DNA of 42,688 nucleotides from a virus (IMGVR_UViG_3300032180_000016:1-42688); one strand, 5' to 3'. Positions 9,034-18,748 are shown, counted from the first letter of the stretch. Program-made: numbers and translations. The notes: a model not told the origin generated them from the letters alone.

Positions 9034-9455
9034 TTCGCCTCGGTCGCGAAGCTGACATTCCGCGCATTGTGGAAATGGGCTTGCGTTTTCACCGCGAGAG
9101 CTCCTACCGAAAGCACATTGCCGAGAATCCCGAGCAAATGAAGAAACTGGCGTGCAATGTTGTCGCTGAGGGGATTTGCCTGCTCATCGAGGAACGCGGC
9201 GACGTCTGCGGAATGATTTGCATCGTTCTCTTCCCGCACTTCATTTCCGGCGAGTTAACCGCGGGCGAAGTGGCTTGGTGGGTAGACCCGGAGCATCGCG
9301 GGTCAGGAATAAAGCTGGTACGCGAAGCCGAGAAGCGCGCGAAAGAGGCTGGAGCAAAACGGTTGCAGATGATCGCACCTACCGCACAGGTCGGAGCCGT
9401 GTATGAGCGCCTAGATTACGAGTTTGTTGAATCTGCCTACGAGAAGACATTGTGA
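9030..9455 (+). CDS. GNAT-family N-acetyltransferase
   Basis: 141 aa. WWVDPEHRGSGIKLVREAEKRAKEAGAKRL matches the acetyl-CoA-binding motif A region (R-x-x-G-x-G/A-like). The overall length and pattern fit GNAT. Confidence 0.75.
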   Translation: MIRLGREADIPRIVEMGLRFHRESSYRKHIAENPEQMKKLACNVVAEGICLLIEERGDVCGMICIVLFPHFISGELTAGEVAWWVDPEHRGSGIKLVREAEKRAKEAGAKRLQMIAPTAQVGAVYERLDYEFVESAYEKTL

Positions 9456-10054
9456 TAGCGCCAGTCTTGCAGTTTGATGATTTTGCTTCTGATGCCCGCG
9501 CGGTCAGAGATGCTGTCATTAGTGGGCCTTTCGAGACGGTGACCGGGCCAGACGGAGCCAAATACACCGGGATTTCCCGCTATGAAGTACCGCAATGGTT
9601 TTCACGCATCGGTGAGCTAATCGGTTGCCCGATTATCCCGCGCCTAGCCGGATTCAGGCTGAACCTTGAAGGCGAACTACCGCACTCCTGGGTACACAGT
9701 GACGACATCTGCGCGAAGTATGCGACGGTCCTATATCTCAACCCAGCGGAGCAATGTAGCGGCGGGACGGCATTTTGGAAACACAAGCAGACGGGCATGA
9801 CGCGGCTTCCTTCTGATACGGAGATTCAATCGTCGGGTTGCGTGCCCTTAAATTTTCACAGATGGATGACTGCGGAGTGGAAGAACCTGAGTGCGTGGGA
9901 ACAGTATGCGATGGTTCCCATGCAATTCAACCGCTTTATCACCTATCCAACGTGTTTCTTTCACAGCCGTTTCCCCTTTGAAGCGTTCGGCAAAGGCCCT
10001 GAAGATGGCCGGTTGGTCTGGGTTTGTTTCTACGACAAAGCAGGTGAGGCGTGA
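9452..10054 (+). CDS. 2OG-Fe(II) oxygenase-like (double-stranded beta-helix) protein
   Basis: 200 aa, GTG start in a GTGA overlap. It has a candidate HxD...H triad (WVHSDD ... FFHSRF) and a GGTAFW strand. The call comes from motifs only. Confidence 0.55.
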   Translation: MIAPVLQFDDFASDARAVRDAVISGPFETVTGPDGAKYTGISRYEVPQWFSRIGELIGCPIIPRLAGFRLNLEGELPHSWVHSDDICAKYATVLYLNPAEQCSGGTAFWKHKQTGMTRLPSDTEIQSSGCVPLNFHRWMTAEWKNLSAWEQYAMVPMQFNRFITYPTCFFHSRFPFEAFGKGPEDGRLVWVCFYDKAGEA

Positions 10055-11229
10055 GCGTAGCGACTAGTACGGCAATCGGCATTGCTGGTGCGATCGGCGC
10101 AGTCGGGGCCGTTGGTGGCGCTGCTCTCAGCGCTGGCGCAGCGGGCAACGCTGCGAACGCTCAAGCCGGGGCCGCGAATAATGCAGCGAACCTGCAATTC
10201 CAGCTCGGCCAAGAGAACCTCGGCTTCCAAGAGCAGCAGTACAGAAACGCTCTAGGATTAGCCGAGCCCTACTACAACACTGGAACGCAATCGCTCGGGA
10301 CGCTCGCTCAGTTGATGGGCCTGAATCCGACCGCGGGGAATACCTCGGTATTCCAGAATCCTTTTGGCACTCCGCAGCAACCGACTGGCAACCTTAGCGG
10401 GGGCGGTTTCCCGGATTTGGGGCTGAATACTTCGCCGGATCTGATGACGGCGCGAGGCGGGATGTCGCGCGCGGCGATGGATGGCGGCTCATTCTTCCCA
10501 GATGCCAACACCTTTGGCAATCCGACCAATGGTCAGCCGGTTCCACCGGGAGCCATACAGGCCAACGGGCAGCCGGGTATGGCTACAGTTCCGGCACCAG
10601 GCGCAGCAACCGCTCCAGGTAATGCAACCGGCACCAATCTGCCGGTTGGCTATCTAAATCAGACCTTCGACCAGACATTTACGCCGCCGGATGCAGTCAC
10701 AGAACAGAATGACCCCGGCTACAAATTCAGGCTCAATCTTGGCGATCAGCTACTAGAAAACTCGGCCGCATCGCGAGGTGGAATCCTTTCCGGTGGGACG
10801 GCCCAAGCAGAACAGCAATTCGGGCAGGACTACGCTTCGAACGAGTACGGAAATGTTTACAACCGGGCGCTCCAGAACTACAACACAGCATTCAACACCT
10901 TCAATGCGAATCGTACCAATCTCTTCAACCGTTACGCCTCAATGGCTGGGTTAGGGCAAGCGACGGCGCAGCAGCTTGGAAACGTCGGACTGCAAACTGG
11001 GGCCAACGTCAGCAATGATCTGCTTGGAACCGGAGCGCAGGTAGGCCAGAACATCAACAACGCCGGAGCGGCGCGAGCGTCGGGATATGTCGGGGCCGCA
11101 AATGCTTACTCGGGGGCCGCTGGTGGTATCGGTAATCTGGCAATGCTCTACGCGATGATGCAGAACCAGAATGGCGGCGGTGGAGGCTTTGGCGCTCCTG
11201 TTCAATCCTCGACCAATTTCTACGGATAA
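10051..11229 (+). CDS. Ejection / internal virion protein candidate, Gly/Ala/Asn/Gln-rich
   Basis: 392 aa. The N-terminus is a glycine-zipper-like hydrophobic stretch (AIGIAGAIGAVGAVGGAALSAGAAG). The rest is low-complexity N/Q/G/P. It occupies the P22 gp7/gp20/gp16 position. Confidence 0.7.
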   Translation: MSVATSTAIGIAGAIGAVGAVGGAALSAGAAGNAANAQAGAANNAANLQFQLGQENLGFQEQQYRNALGLAEPYYNTGTQSLGTLAQLMGLNPTAGNTSVFQNPFGTPQQPTGNLSGGGFPDLGLNTSPDLMTARGGMSRAAMDGGSFFPDANTFGNPTNGQPVPPGAIQANGQPGMATVPAPGAATAPGNATGTNLPVGYLNQTFDQTFTPPDAVTEQNDPGYKFRLNLGDQLLENSAASRGGILSGGTAQAEQQFGQDYASNEYGNVYNRALQNYNTAFNTFNANRTNLFNRYASMAGLGQATAQQLGNVGLQTGANVSNDLLGTGAQVGQNINNAGAARASGYVGAANAYSGAAGGIGNLAMLYAMMQNQNGGGGGFGAPVQSSTNFYG

Positions 11230-11233
11230 ATCC

Positions 11234-12847
11234 ATGGCGTCCATTCCCCTCCCCGCGCTCCACATTCAGCCTCCCGCCGATCCCTCCGAAGGAATGCAGC
11301 GGATGCTGGCCTTGCGCAACATGATGCAGGAGACTCAGCAGCGCCAAGCTCTTATGCCGGGGCAAATCCAGGCCCAGCAGCAGCAATTGCAGGCCGGGAA
11401 CCTATCGAATCAGGAAGCACAAATCAATCTGAATGATCGCCAAGCTGCCAGTAAGGCCATGCAGGAGTGGGACGGGAAAGACATTACCACCTTGCCGGGG
11501 CTGATGATTAAGCACGGCGCATCGGCTACTGCGGTGATGTCGATGAAAACGAACATTATCAAGCAGCAGCAGGATTTGGCGAACCTCTCTAAAGACCAGC
11601 TCGCAAATGAAAAGACCAAGAATGATTACTTCGCCCAAGCGATTGACAATGTAAAACAGATGCCACCCGAGCAGCAGGCTCAAGGGTTTCAGTCAGCGGT
11701 AGCCGACGCCGTTCAAAAAGGGCACCTCGACCCGCAGCAGGCTCAGAGTCTTCAATACCAGAGTCCACAACAGTTGGATTTGCTGGAAAAGACCTTGATG
11801 GGCAGAAGCCAAATAGTTGAGCAGGCACTGAAGGGCCAGCAGACCCAGGAAGCCGCAGCAAAAACCAGACAAGCGAACGCCGAAGCTGAGAAAACTGAGC
11901 AGCAAGCCGCATTCGCCAAAAAGTATGGAATGCCGCCGGGAGTCGCCCCAGACATGATGGAGATGGCCGACTATCTCGAGAAGCACCCCGGCAAAGGACC
12001 GTCCGACTACGCGGGATGGAAAGCCAGCCTTGCTCCGTCGGCCCGGTTCACCATTGAATCGGGCGGGCTGATAAAGCCGGGCGCATCGTCTGGGGATGTA
12101 GCTAAAAAGTTCGGCATGACTCCTGAGGCCTTTGACCAGCAAGCGGAGAAATATTGGACGACTGGCCAGCTTCCGCCACTCGGGCGCGGCATTTCGGGAA
12201 TTGCACTGAACCGGGAAATTATGAACCGAGCAGCGTCCTTGCATCCCGAGGGATCGCTGGCCGGGAATGAAGCGGCATTCAAGGCCAACACGGATTCGCT
12301 CAAGAAACTGCAAACCAACTTCGATCAGGTATCGGCGTTTGAGAACACTGCGGGAAAGAATCTGGATGTGTTCCTAAATACGGCGAAAAAGGTTGTCGAT
12401 TCCGGCTCGCCTTGGATCAATACCCCGCTCCGCTCCGTCGCCGGGCAAGGATTGGGCAGCGACGATCAGGCAGCATTCAACGCAGCGCGTACCACTGCGG
12501 TAACGGAAATCGCCAAAGTGCTGAATAGCGCCAATGCTTCCGGAGTTCTGTCAGATTCCGCGCGCCATGAAGTCTCCGGGCTCATCGGCCCGAATGCCAC
12601 GCTGAAGCAGATCTACTCTGCGGCCAACATCCTAAAACAGGATATGGCGAACCGCCACCAGTCTTATCAGGATCAAATCGCTGATATTCAGGGCCGAATC
12701 TCAGGCAAGCAGCCAACGGCGACGAATACCCCCAACCAAGGCGGTGGAGCGGGAGCCATTACAGTGCAGGCCCCAAATGGGAAGACCTACACCTTCCCCG
12801 ATCAGGACTCCGCTGATTCCTTCAAAAAGCGAGCTGGGATTAAGTGA
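11234..12847 (+). CDS. Ejection / internal virion protein candidate, Gln-rich coiled coil
   Basis: 537 aa from ATG 11234. The 11171 start in the track would overlap the previous gene by 59 nt. Confidence 0.7.
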   Translation: MASIPLPALHIQPPADPSEGMQRMLALRNMMQETQQRQALMPGQIQAQQQQLQAGNLSNQEAQINLNDRQAASKAMQEWDGKDITTLPGLMIKHGASATAVMSMKTNIIKQQQDLANLSKDQLANEKTKNDYFAQAIDNVKQMPPEQQAQGFQSAVADAVQKGHLDPQQAQSLQYQSPQQLDLLEKTLMGRSQIVEQALKGQQTQEAAAKTRQANAEAEKTEQQAAFAKKYGMPPGVAPDMMEMADYLEKHPGKGPSDYAGWKASLAPSARFTIESGGLIKPGASSGDVAKKFGMTPEAFDQQAEKYWTTGQLPPLGRGISGIALNREIMNRAASLHPEGSLAGNEAAFKANTDSLKKLQTNFDQVSAFENTAGKNLDVFLNTAKKVVDSGSPWINTPLRSVAGQGLGSDDQAAFNAARTTAVTEIAKVLNSANASGVLSDSARHEVSGLIGPNATLKQIYSAANILKQDMANRHQSYQDQIADIQGRISGKQPTATNTPNQGGGAGAITVQAPNGKTYTFPDQDSADSFKKRAGIK

Positions 12848-13422
12848 CAGAGCGCATTGTCTACAGACCCAAGCTCGCCAATGGGCTATTCGTTGAACCT
12901 CAGCTGGGCTCAACCAATGAGGCCAAAGCCAAGCGGGAGATGGAAGAACGGCTTAACCGCATGAACTTTGCGGCTCACTCCCATTATGAAGATCCCTGGA
13001 CACCGAGAGCAGGCGCGGTAACGTTCGACGAAAAGGGAAATTACAACTGCGGGCGCTGCAACAAACAGGACGGCAAAGACGACTGCCTAATCATCCCGAT
13101 TGACGTTGATCTAAAAGCAGGATCGTGCAAGCACTGGGAAATTAAGTGTGCTGGCGACCGGGAGATGGATGTTTCCGGTATCGGGCACACGGCTGAACAG
13201 GCGATGTACGGGGTTGCAGTCAACGGAAAAGGCTTTGGCTGCCATCGCTGCCCATTCTCAAGCAGAGCCCATCAACTTGATTCTGTTGGTCGCGATCTGT
13301 ACTGCGGAAAGGGCGATTTCCGCGTGCCCTGGAATGCGTGCTGTGAACTCAATGGAGCCAAGGTAGTCACAGAGTACGAAGGCAACAAGCCGGCAAAAAG
13401 TGGCAACTACTCCGCAAATTGA
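12844..13422 (+). CDS. Cys-rich protein within the ejection-protein block
   Basis: 192 aa with 13 Cys, including CGRCNKQDGKDDC, C..WEIKC, CHRC and CC pairs. GTGA overlap with the upstream gene. Confidence 0.65.
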   Translation: MTERIVYRPKLANGLFVEPQLGSTNEAKAKREMEERLNRMNFAAHSHYEDPWTPRAGAVTFDEKGNYNCGRCNKQDGKDDCLIIPIDVDLKAGSCKHWEIKCAGDREMDVSGIGHTAEQAMYGVAVNGKGFGCHRCPFSSRAHQLDSVGRDLYCGKGDFRVPWNACCELNGAKVVTEYEGNKPAKSGNYSAN

Positions 13423-14869
13423 TTACGACGCTTTAGCCCAGCAGCACGGCGGCACGGCTGCGGCCAGCACGGCGGCGGTTGATTACGACTCGCTGGCCGC
13501 TCAGCATGGCGGAAAGGCAGTCCAGTCAGGAACACAGCCTACCAGTCCTGCGCCGCAGCCGGGATTCTGGGAACGTCTGCGCCAGCATCTAGGAATACCG
13601 ACATCGGGGGCTGAGGTAGGCTCAGCACTCAAGACGCAAGGGCTGAATCTGCTTGTTCCCGGCATGGGCACGGCATTTGAAACAAACAAGGCTCTTGTCA
13701 GCAATACCGCCGATGCAGCGAAAGAAGCCTACGACGCCGGAAAGAATGTTGGAGAGGGACAGCCGGTAGCTCCGAACGCTGGCAAGGCAGCCTTCGCGGG
13801 AACAAAAGCAGTTCTCAATTCCCTGCCGATGGTGGGACCAGCAACGCAGACCGCCGGCGAAGACATTGCAGCCAAGAATTACAAGGGCGCTGCCGGAGAT
13901 TTGACCGCGGCCATTGGGCAAGCAGTTGCGCCGGAATTAGCGGAGCGAGCTGCAGGGCCGATTGCGAGAGGAGCGAAAGCAGCAGCGCCAGTCGCGCGCA
14001 ATACACTCGGAGCCGTAGCGGATTCAGTCGGTCCGCTGGGGCTGCACATTATTGGAAGCATTTCGCCGCGATTGGCCAATGTCCTGCGTGTAATCAAAGA
14101 AGTCAGCAATGCACTTCCGGACGGCGCGGACGAATCAACGCATCCGGCAACGCACGCAGCAGCGCAAGAGGCGATGGAAAATGCTTTGGGGCCGATGCCG
14201 AAAGGTGGCGAAGCGCAAAGCATAGGACCATTGCCGGGGCCGACCGTGCCAGCCGCAACCAGCACGATCACTCCAGCCACAACACAGGCCATGCAGGCAT
14301 TCCGCAGTGGCCCGAATACCATCCCGCTTACGCGATCCGGGGACATCGTTATCAATCAGGCCTTGACGGCTCTCAATAAGCCAACACTGCTGAGAATCGC
14401 CCGCGCTCGTGGAATCAACACAACCCAAGAGGCAAACCTAATGGCGTCTAAAGCCGAGGCGTCGCTGGTGAAAAAGATTGGCGATTCCATGACGCCAGAT
14501 GAGTTAGACGAAGCGCGCGACGTAGGTTTAGAGCTCTCGCGCAACAAGCCTGTACAGAATCCAAATATCTCGCCCGAAGCCGCTCAAGAGGCATGGCACT
14601 ACAAAGTCGTAAAGCAGTTCTTTCCTGATGTGGAATTGCCGAAAGCGATGGAAGCACGCGCACAGAAAACCATCGCGAATCGCCCAGACTACTCCCCGGT
14701 TTACCAGCAAGCAGCCAAGAACGGGCTAGGCTCAGCCGCATCCGATCCCGAAGTTCAGGCCTACGCGGCAAAGCTTCAGGGACAAGACGAAAGTCTGGAA
14801 GCTGTCCTTCGCGACTCCATCAACCAGATTCGAGCAGGGAAATTCTCAAGCGCCACCAACGGCAAATAA
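13400..14869 (+). CDS. Ejection / internal virion protein candidate with tandem DYDxLAxQHGG motif
   Basis: 489 aa, Ala-rich. The N-terminus reads IDYDALAQQHGG...VDYDSLAAQHGG. GTG start overlaps the previous gene by 23 nt. Confidence 0.7.
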   Translation: MATTPQIDYDALAQQHGGTAAASTAAVDYDSLAAQHGGKAVQSGTQPTSPAPQPGFWERLRQHLGIPTSGAEVGSALKTQGLNLLVPGMGTAFETNKALVSNTADAAKEAYDAGKNVGEGQPVAPNAGKAAFAGTKAVLNSLPMVGPATQTAGEDIAAKNYKGAAGDLTAAIGQAVAPELAERAAGPIARGAKAAAPVARNTLGAVADSVGPLGLHIIGSISPRLANVLRVIKEVSNALPDGADESTHPATHAAAQEAMENALGPMPKGGEAQSIGPLPGPTVPAATSTITPATTQAMQAFRSGPNTIPLTRSGDIVINQALTALNKPTLLRIARARGINTTQEANLMASKAEASLVKKIGDSMTPDELDEARDVGLELSRNKPVQNPNISPEAAQEAWHYKVVKQFFPDVELPKAMEARAQKTIANRPDYSPVYQQAAKNGLGSAASDPEVQAYAAKLQGQDESLEAVLRDSINQIRAGKFSSATNGK

Positions 14870-14879
14870 CTCCAATCCC

Positions 14880-16943
14880 ATGACAATCCAGAATGCTGTT
14901 TGCGCACTGCGCATGGCACTTTTTAGCTCGCTTCTCCTTTTGGGCTATGGTCTACAGGCCCAAGTCACTGTTTCGCCGTTTGTAAGCCCAGCAGTGCAGT
15001 TCTCCGATAACGTAGGGGCTCCGCTGGCCGGCGGTAAAGTTTGCACTTATTCGGCTGGGACTTCTACGCCGCTGGCAACCTATTCGGATTTGGGGATTAC
15101 CCAAAACCAAAATCCGGTCGTCTTGGATGCGGGCGGGCGGGCGACGATCTACCTGCAAGCGCAGTCCTACAAGATCGTTATTGCAGCCGCGACAGCGGAC
15201 AACTCCTGCAACCCGGCCATCAAGACGCAGGACAACGTGAGCTGGGCCACCATCGCGACCACGCTGGCAAATCTGACGGTCACAGGGAATACCAATGTCC
15301 AAGCCTCAGCCGCAGCAACCTCAGGAGCAAATCAGAACTCTCCAAACCTCTGCGCAGATGGCAACTACTGGACAGGCTCAGCCTCAGCACAGGATTCCTG
15401 GTGCTGGAAAGATACGCTAGGAACCGGAGCAAATCCGACTAGCACGCTGATACTGACTCACTCGGGAAGCTCAGGCGCGGCTGCTGTTACTCTGCCAACG
15501 CTGACATCGGTAACGACGACGGGGGCGATAAGCGGGGCAACTGCGCTTGACGGTGTTACGCTCACACCGAATCCTAAAGATCAATTCAATAATCCCACGA
15601 CGACAGTTCTTGGCCTCGGCGACCCCCTGGCCGTAGCACAAGCATCAAGTACCTGCTGCAACGCCGAATTGGTAATTGGCATTAACCCTACCACTTGGAA
15701 GTCCGGGAATACTGCTGTGTGGGGAGAGTGCTTCGCCAACGCGGGGGCGTATACCAATAACGCCGTGTGCGAAGGCATTACTGGGCAAACTACCACTCTA
15801 GGTGCCATAACAACGGCGGTCGGGAGTCAATCAGGCGCGCTGATCGGCGGGGAGTTTGACGCAACTACGGAATCGACTAGCGGCAACGCGCAGATACTAA
15901 ATTTCCTCGGTGTACTGGGCCAAATAGAAGGATTAGGCGCCAGCAATAACCTCAATGCGACCTACGCCGCGGGGCTGGAATCAGGAATTGTATCGAACGC
16001 TGGCACAGGAATGTGGACTGGGGGTTTTGGGCTTATCACGCGTCCGCCCAGTTCCGGCAATGTTAAGTACGGCATCTGGAATCAATTCAACCACCTAACG
16101 AATAACGGCGATTCCATTGACTGGATGTACGCAGCAACTACTAGCACGTCGTCAACGATGACCGGGTGCCCTTCGTCTTGTCTTGTCACTGTGACGGATA
16201 CAGCCCACGGCTATTCGACCAACGACTTCGTTTTCAATGGTAGCGGCAACGTTCAATACCAGGGCTTCTACCAGATCACCGTAACCGGAGCGAACACATT
16301 CACCTATGTCCCGATGACACAAGCCAGCAACGCGGCCAATGACGGCAGCGCTCAAATATCCAAGCTCCACACGGCCCACACGATATCTGTCGATGGTAAC
16401 AACTCCCTGGTTCTGCGCATGCTAACGAATACAGCGTCGGGGAATGGGGCGTTCGCTTTGCTCCGGGGGGATGGGAGTGTAATCCTCCAGTACAATTCTC
16501 CAACGCTGTTCTTTGATCCTGGAAACGCGGGGCACGCCTTTCAATTCAGCACTTCGGCGGGGTTCAACTTCGGCGGTGGCACAGCGGTAAACGGAACGAC
16601 TGGAAGCAGTCACAACCTCGTACTCGATACCGGGGCAACGCTCACGACGCCGACATTTAACAGCATCACCAGCGGCAAGGGACTTCAGATATTCAATACG
16701 ACCACGACCTGTACAACCGGGAACACTGTAGGAGCAACATGTACTACGGGTGCTATTTCCCTTCCGGTTGCCGAGACGGATACCGCATACCGTGTTGTCT
16801 GCACTGGCAAGGGATTAACGAACGTTCCGGTGGTCATCGCAACCGCAAATTCCAGCGCCTCGCAATTCACAATCACAATTGCGGCTCTTACGGCGGCGGC
16901 GGCGAGCTTCGCATCCTACGACTGTATTGCTGGCCACAATTAA
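14880..16943 (+). CDS. Tailspike / tail fibre
   Basis: 687 aa and the last late gene (P22 gp9 position). FSDNVGAPLAGGKVCTYSAGTSTPLATYSD...NPVVLDAGGRATIYL...YKIVI is a pattern I recall from phage fibre N-domains. The first 27 aa look like a signal peptide, so the start is uncertain. Confidence 0.75.
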   Translation: MTIQNAVCALRMALFSSLLLLGYGLQAQVTVSPFVSPAVQFSDNVGAPLAGGKVCTYSAGTSTPLATYSDLGITQNQNPVVLDAGGRATIYLQAQSYKIVIAAATADNSCNPAIKTQDNVSWATIATTLANLTVTGNTNVQASAAATSGANQNSPNLCADGNYWTGSASAQDSWCWKDTLGTGANPTSTLILTHSGSSGAAAVTLPTLTSVTTTGAISGATALDGVTLTPNPKDQFNNPTTTVLGLGDPLAVAQASSTCCNAELVIGINPTTWKSGNTAVWGECFANAGAYTNNAVCEGITGQTTTLGAITTAVGSQSGALIGGEFDATTESTSGNAQILNFLGVLGQIEGLGASNNLNATYAAGLESGIVSNAGTGMWTGGFGLITRPPSSGNVKYGIWNQFNHLTNNGDSIDWMYAATTSTSSTMTGCPSSCLVTVTDTAHGYSTNDFVFNGSGNVQYQGFYQITVTGANTFTYVPMTQASNAANDGSAQISKLHTAHTISVDGNNSLVLRMLTNTASGNGAFALLRGDGSVILQYNSPTLFFDPGNAGHAFQFSTSAGFNFGGGTAVNGTTGSSHNLVLDTGATLTTPTFNSITSGKGLQIFNTTTTCTTGNTVGATCTTGAISLPVAETDTAYRVVCTGKGLTNVPVVIATANSSASQFTITIAALTAAAASFASYDCIAGHN

Positions 16944-18192
16944 GTGCCACCCCGATCAGAATTGCCGTTGCGAACTGCCCATTCAGCGGAACATAGGTGC
17001 AGAGCGCGATAATTGATGCGAGCACGGCGACAAACAGAATCCGCTCTCTGGTCAACCGCTTGAGCAGCTTCCAAGTGAGCACCAGAAAGAGAATCACAAA
17101 AGGCCATCCGAAACGAATCAATTGATCGGAAAAGAAGTTTTTGGTGCTTATTCCTTCAGAGGAAACAAGAAAGCCTTGCGTCTCGGTAAAGACCAACGGG
17201 ATTCCAGTTTCTTCCTGCATGGCCGCCATCGCGTCAGGCAACTGCTCACGGATTGCGGGGATGAAGCCGGAGAAGCCGACGCCGAGCGGGTAGTGCTCCG
17301 CGACATAAACAGCCGTCAGCATCATGGATGCGCGGGTTTGGACGCTACCCGATGCTTCGACGCCTTCATCGGGAAAGAGGCGCGGAACCCAGGACGAAGC
17401 GGTATACCCGACGACAATCAGGGCAATAGCCAATAGTGGGAACTGATACCAGCGATGCCATTTCATCAGGACCACAACGGCGGTACAGATGAACAGGATC
17501 AGGATTCCGCCCTTCGATGCCGACGCGATCAGCAGCCCGATAGTGGCCAGCACGAATAGAACCCGGGCGTGGCGTGCTCGGCTGAAATGAGCACAGAGCA
17601 GTCCTATCGCAATCACGGTCACCGAGAGCGTGCTCGGCTCAGTTGATAAGCCGCGTGGGCGCCCGAAGTCAGCGTTTGGCAGAAAATGAAAGACCGATCC
17701 TTCAAGGAATTGAGGCAGCCCGAACGGAGCTCCCTGGCTGAACAGAATCCCAATGGTCAGCAAAGCAAACGCGGCAAAGCATCCCGCGCGCACGGCTCCG
17801 CGCAATTCGTATTGAGGCAGAAACGCAGCGCCGAGAAATACCGCAAAAGTAATCAGGTGCGTGACGGTTTTGAGAATCAACCCTTCGCCTTCGCTCGCAA
17901 AACCGAAACGAAAGAACCCGTACACGGTCACGAGCACTGCGTAGGTGCAGCAAATCAGCGTAACTCTCTTGAGCATCATTCGGCTGGCAATCCAGCGCGG
18001 GATACCAACGGCGACGAGGGCCAACATCGGCAACAGCGAGAGGCAGGCGGCAAGGCCCTTCAGCGGCGTTTCCTGTAGCGCAAAGTCCTGAATCGGGGAG
18101 AGCGCCACGAAGGAAAACGTCGCGGCTTCGACAAAGGACGGCAGCCGCCAATCAAGCGGATGTTTTAAGACTGCGGTTGAAGCTGAAGCCAT
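16888..18192 (-). CDS. Wzy / O-antigen-ligase-family polytopic membrane protein (lysogenic conversion candidate)
   Basis: 434 aa with about 10-12 hydrophobic segments. A large loop containing R...EHYPLGVGFSGF is typical of the Wzy_C / O-antigen ligase family. Its 3' end overlaps the tailspike 3' end by 56 nt. Confidence 0.75.
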   Translation of the reverse strand: MASASTAVLKHPLDWRLPSFVEAATFSFVALSPIQDFALQETPLKGLAACLSLLPMLALVAVGIPRWIASRMMLKRVTLICCTYAVLVTVYGFFRFGFASEGEGLILKTVTHLITFAVFLGAAFLPQYELRGAVRAGCFAAFALLTIGILFSQGAPFGLPQFLEGSVFHFLPNADFGRPRGLSTEPSTLSVTVIAIGLLCAHFSRARHARVLFVLATIGLLIASASKGGILILFICTAVVVLMKWHRWYQFPLLAIALIVVGYTASSWVPRLFPDEGVEASGSVQTRASMMLTAVYVAEHYPLGVGFSGFIPAIREQLPDAMAAMQEETGIPLVFTETQGFLVSSEGISTKNFFSDQLIRFGWPFVILFLVLTWKLLKRLTRERILFVAVLASIIALCTYVPLNGQFATAILIGVALNCGQQYSRRMRSSPPPP

Positions 18193-18302
18193 ACGATGAA
18201 AACAAGTAGCGGCGTCAAAACAGCCATAAAAAGCAGGAAGCGGAGCACAAGGCTGATCATAAGCAGCTGGTGACGCCTGAAATACTCAGCAGGATTCCTC
18301 AT
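18165..18302 (-). CDS. 45-aa single-TM mini-protein overlapping the Wzy-like start
   Basis: Below the track length cutoff. GGAGGAGAAGGCG-ATG is a good RBS. MRNPAEYFRRHQLLMISLVLRFLLFMAVLTPLLVFIVWLQLQPQS. It overlaps the first 28 nt of the Wzy-like gene. Confidence 0.45.
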   Translation of the reverse strand: MRNPAEYFRRHQLLMISLVLRFLLFMAVLTPLLVFIVWLQLQPQS

Positions 18303-18323
18303 CGCCTTCTCCTCCAGCATCCC

Positions 18324-18707
18324 CTACGCACTTGGATTCGGCGGCAACTGCTTCCTCAGGTTCGACATTAAGATCCTTGCCACTCTGCCCCACACCCTGA
18401 TTGCCGCATCTTTCTTGGCGGTCCACAACTGCTCCCCTGATTCCCGATCCAGTACTCGCAGGTAGAAATAGTTGTGGAGGCCATCCTTGTGGTCGAGCGT
18501 GATCACAACATCAGCCTCGGCCCGGTTCGCTACGACCTGCCAGCGGCCCCACTCCTGAAGCTGCGTAAATACCGCATCGCTAAACCCCTGTTCGCCGGAG
18601 TCGTTCTGAATAAACACCGTCTTTGCGGAGACTAGCTTCTCGGGGATCGGAGCATGATCGGCGGCAAATGCAGGCAGGGACAGCAGCAACAAAACAGCGA
18701 CTTTCAT
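18324..18707 (-). CDS. Secreted 127-aa protein (signal MKVAVLLLLSLPAFAADH)
   Basis: Internal ATG 18707 follows AAGGAGCACGAGT. The longer 18863 start in the track has no RBS and would mask the signal peptide. Confidence 0.7.
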   Translation of the reverse strand: MKVAVLLLLSLPAFAADHAPIPEKLVSAKTVFIQNDSGEQGFSDAVFTQLQEWGRWQVVANRAEADVVITLDHKDGLHNYFYLRVLDRESGEQLWTAKKDAAIRVWGRVARILMSNLRKQLPPNPSA

Positions 18708-18748
18708 ACTCGTGCTCCTTGCTTGGGGACGGGGGACCAATTCTACCA

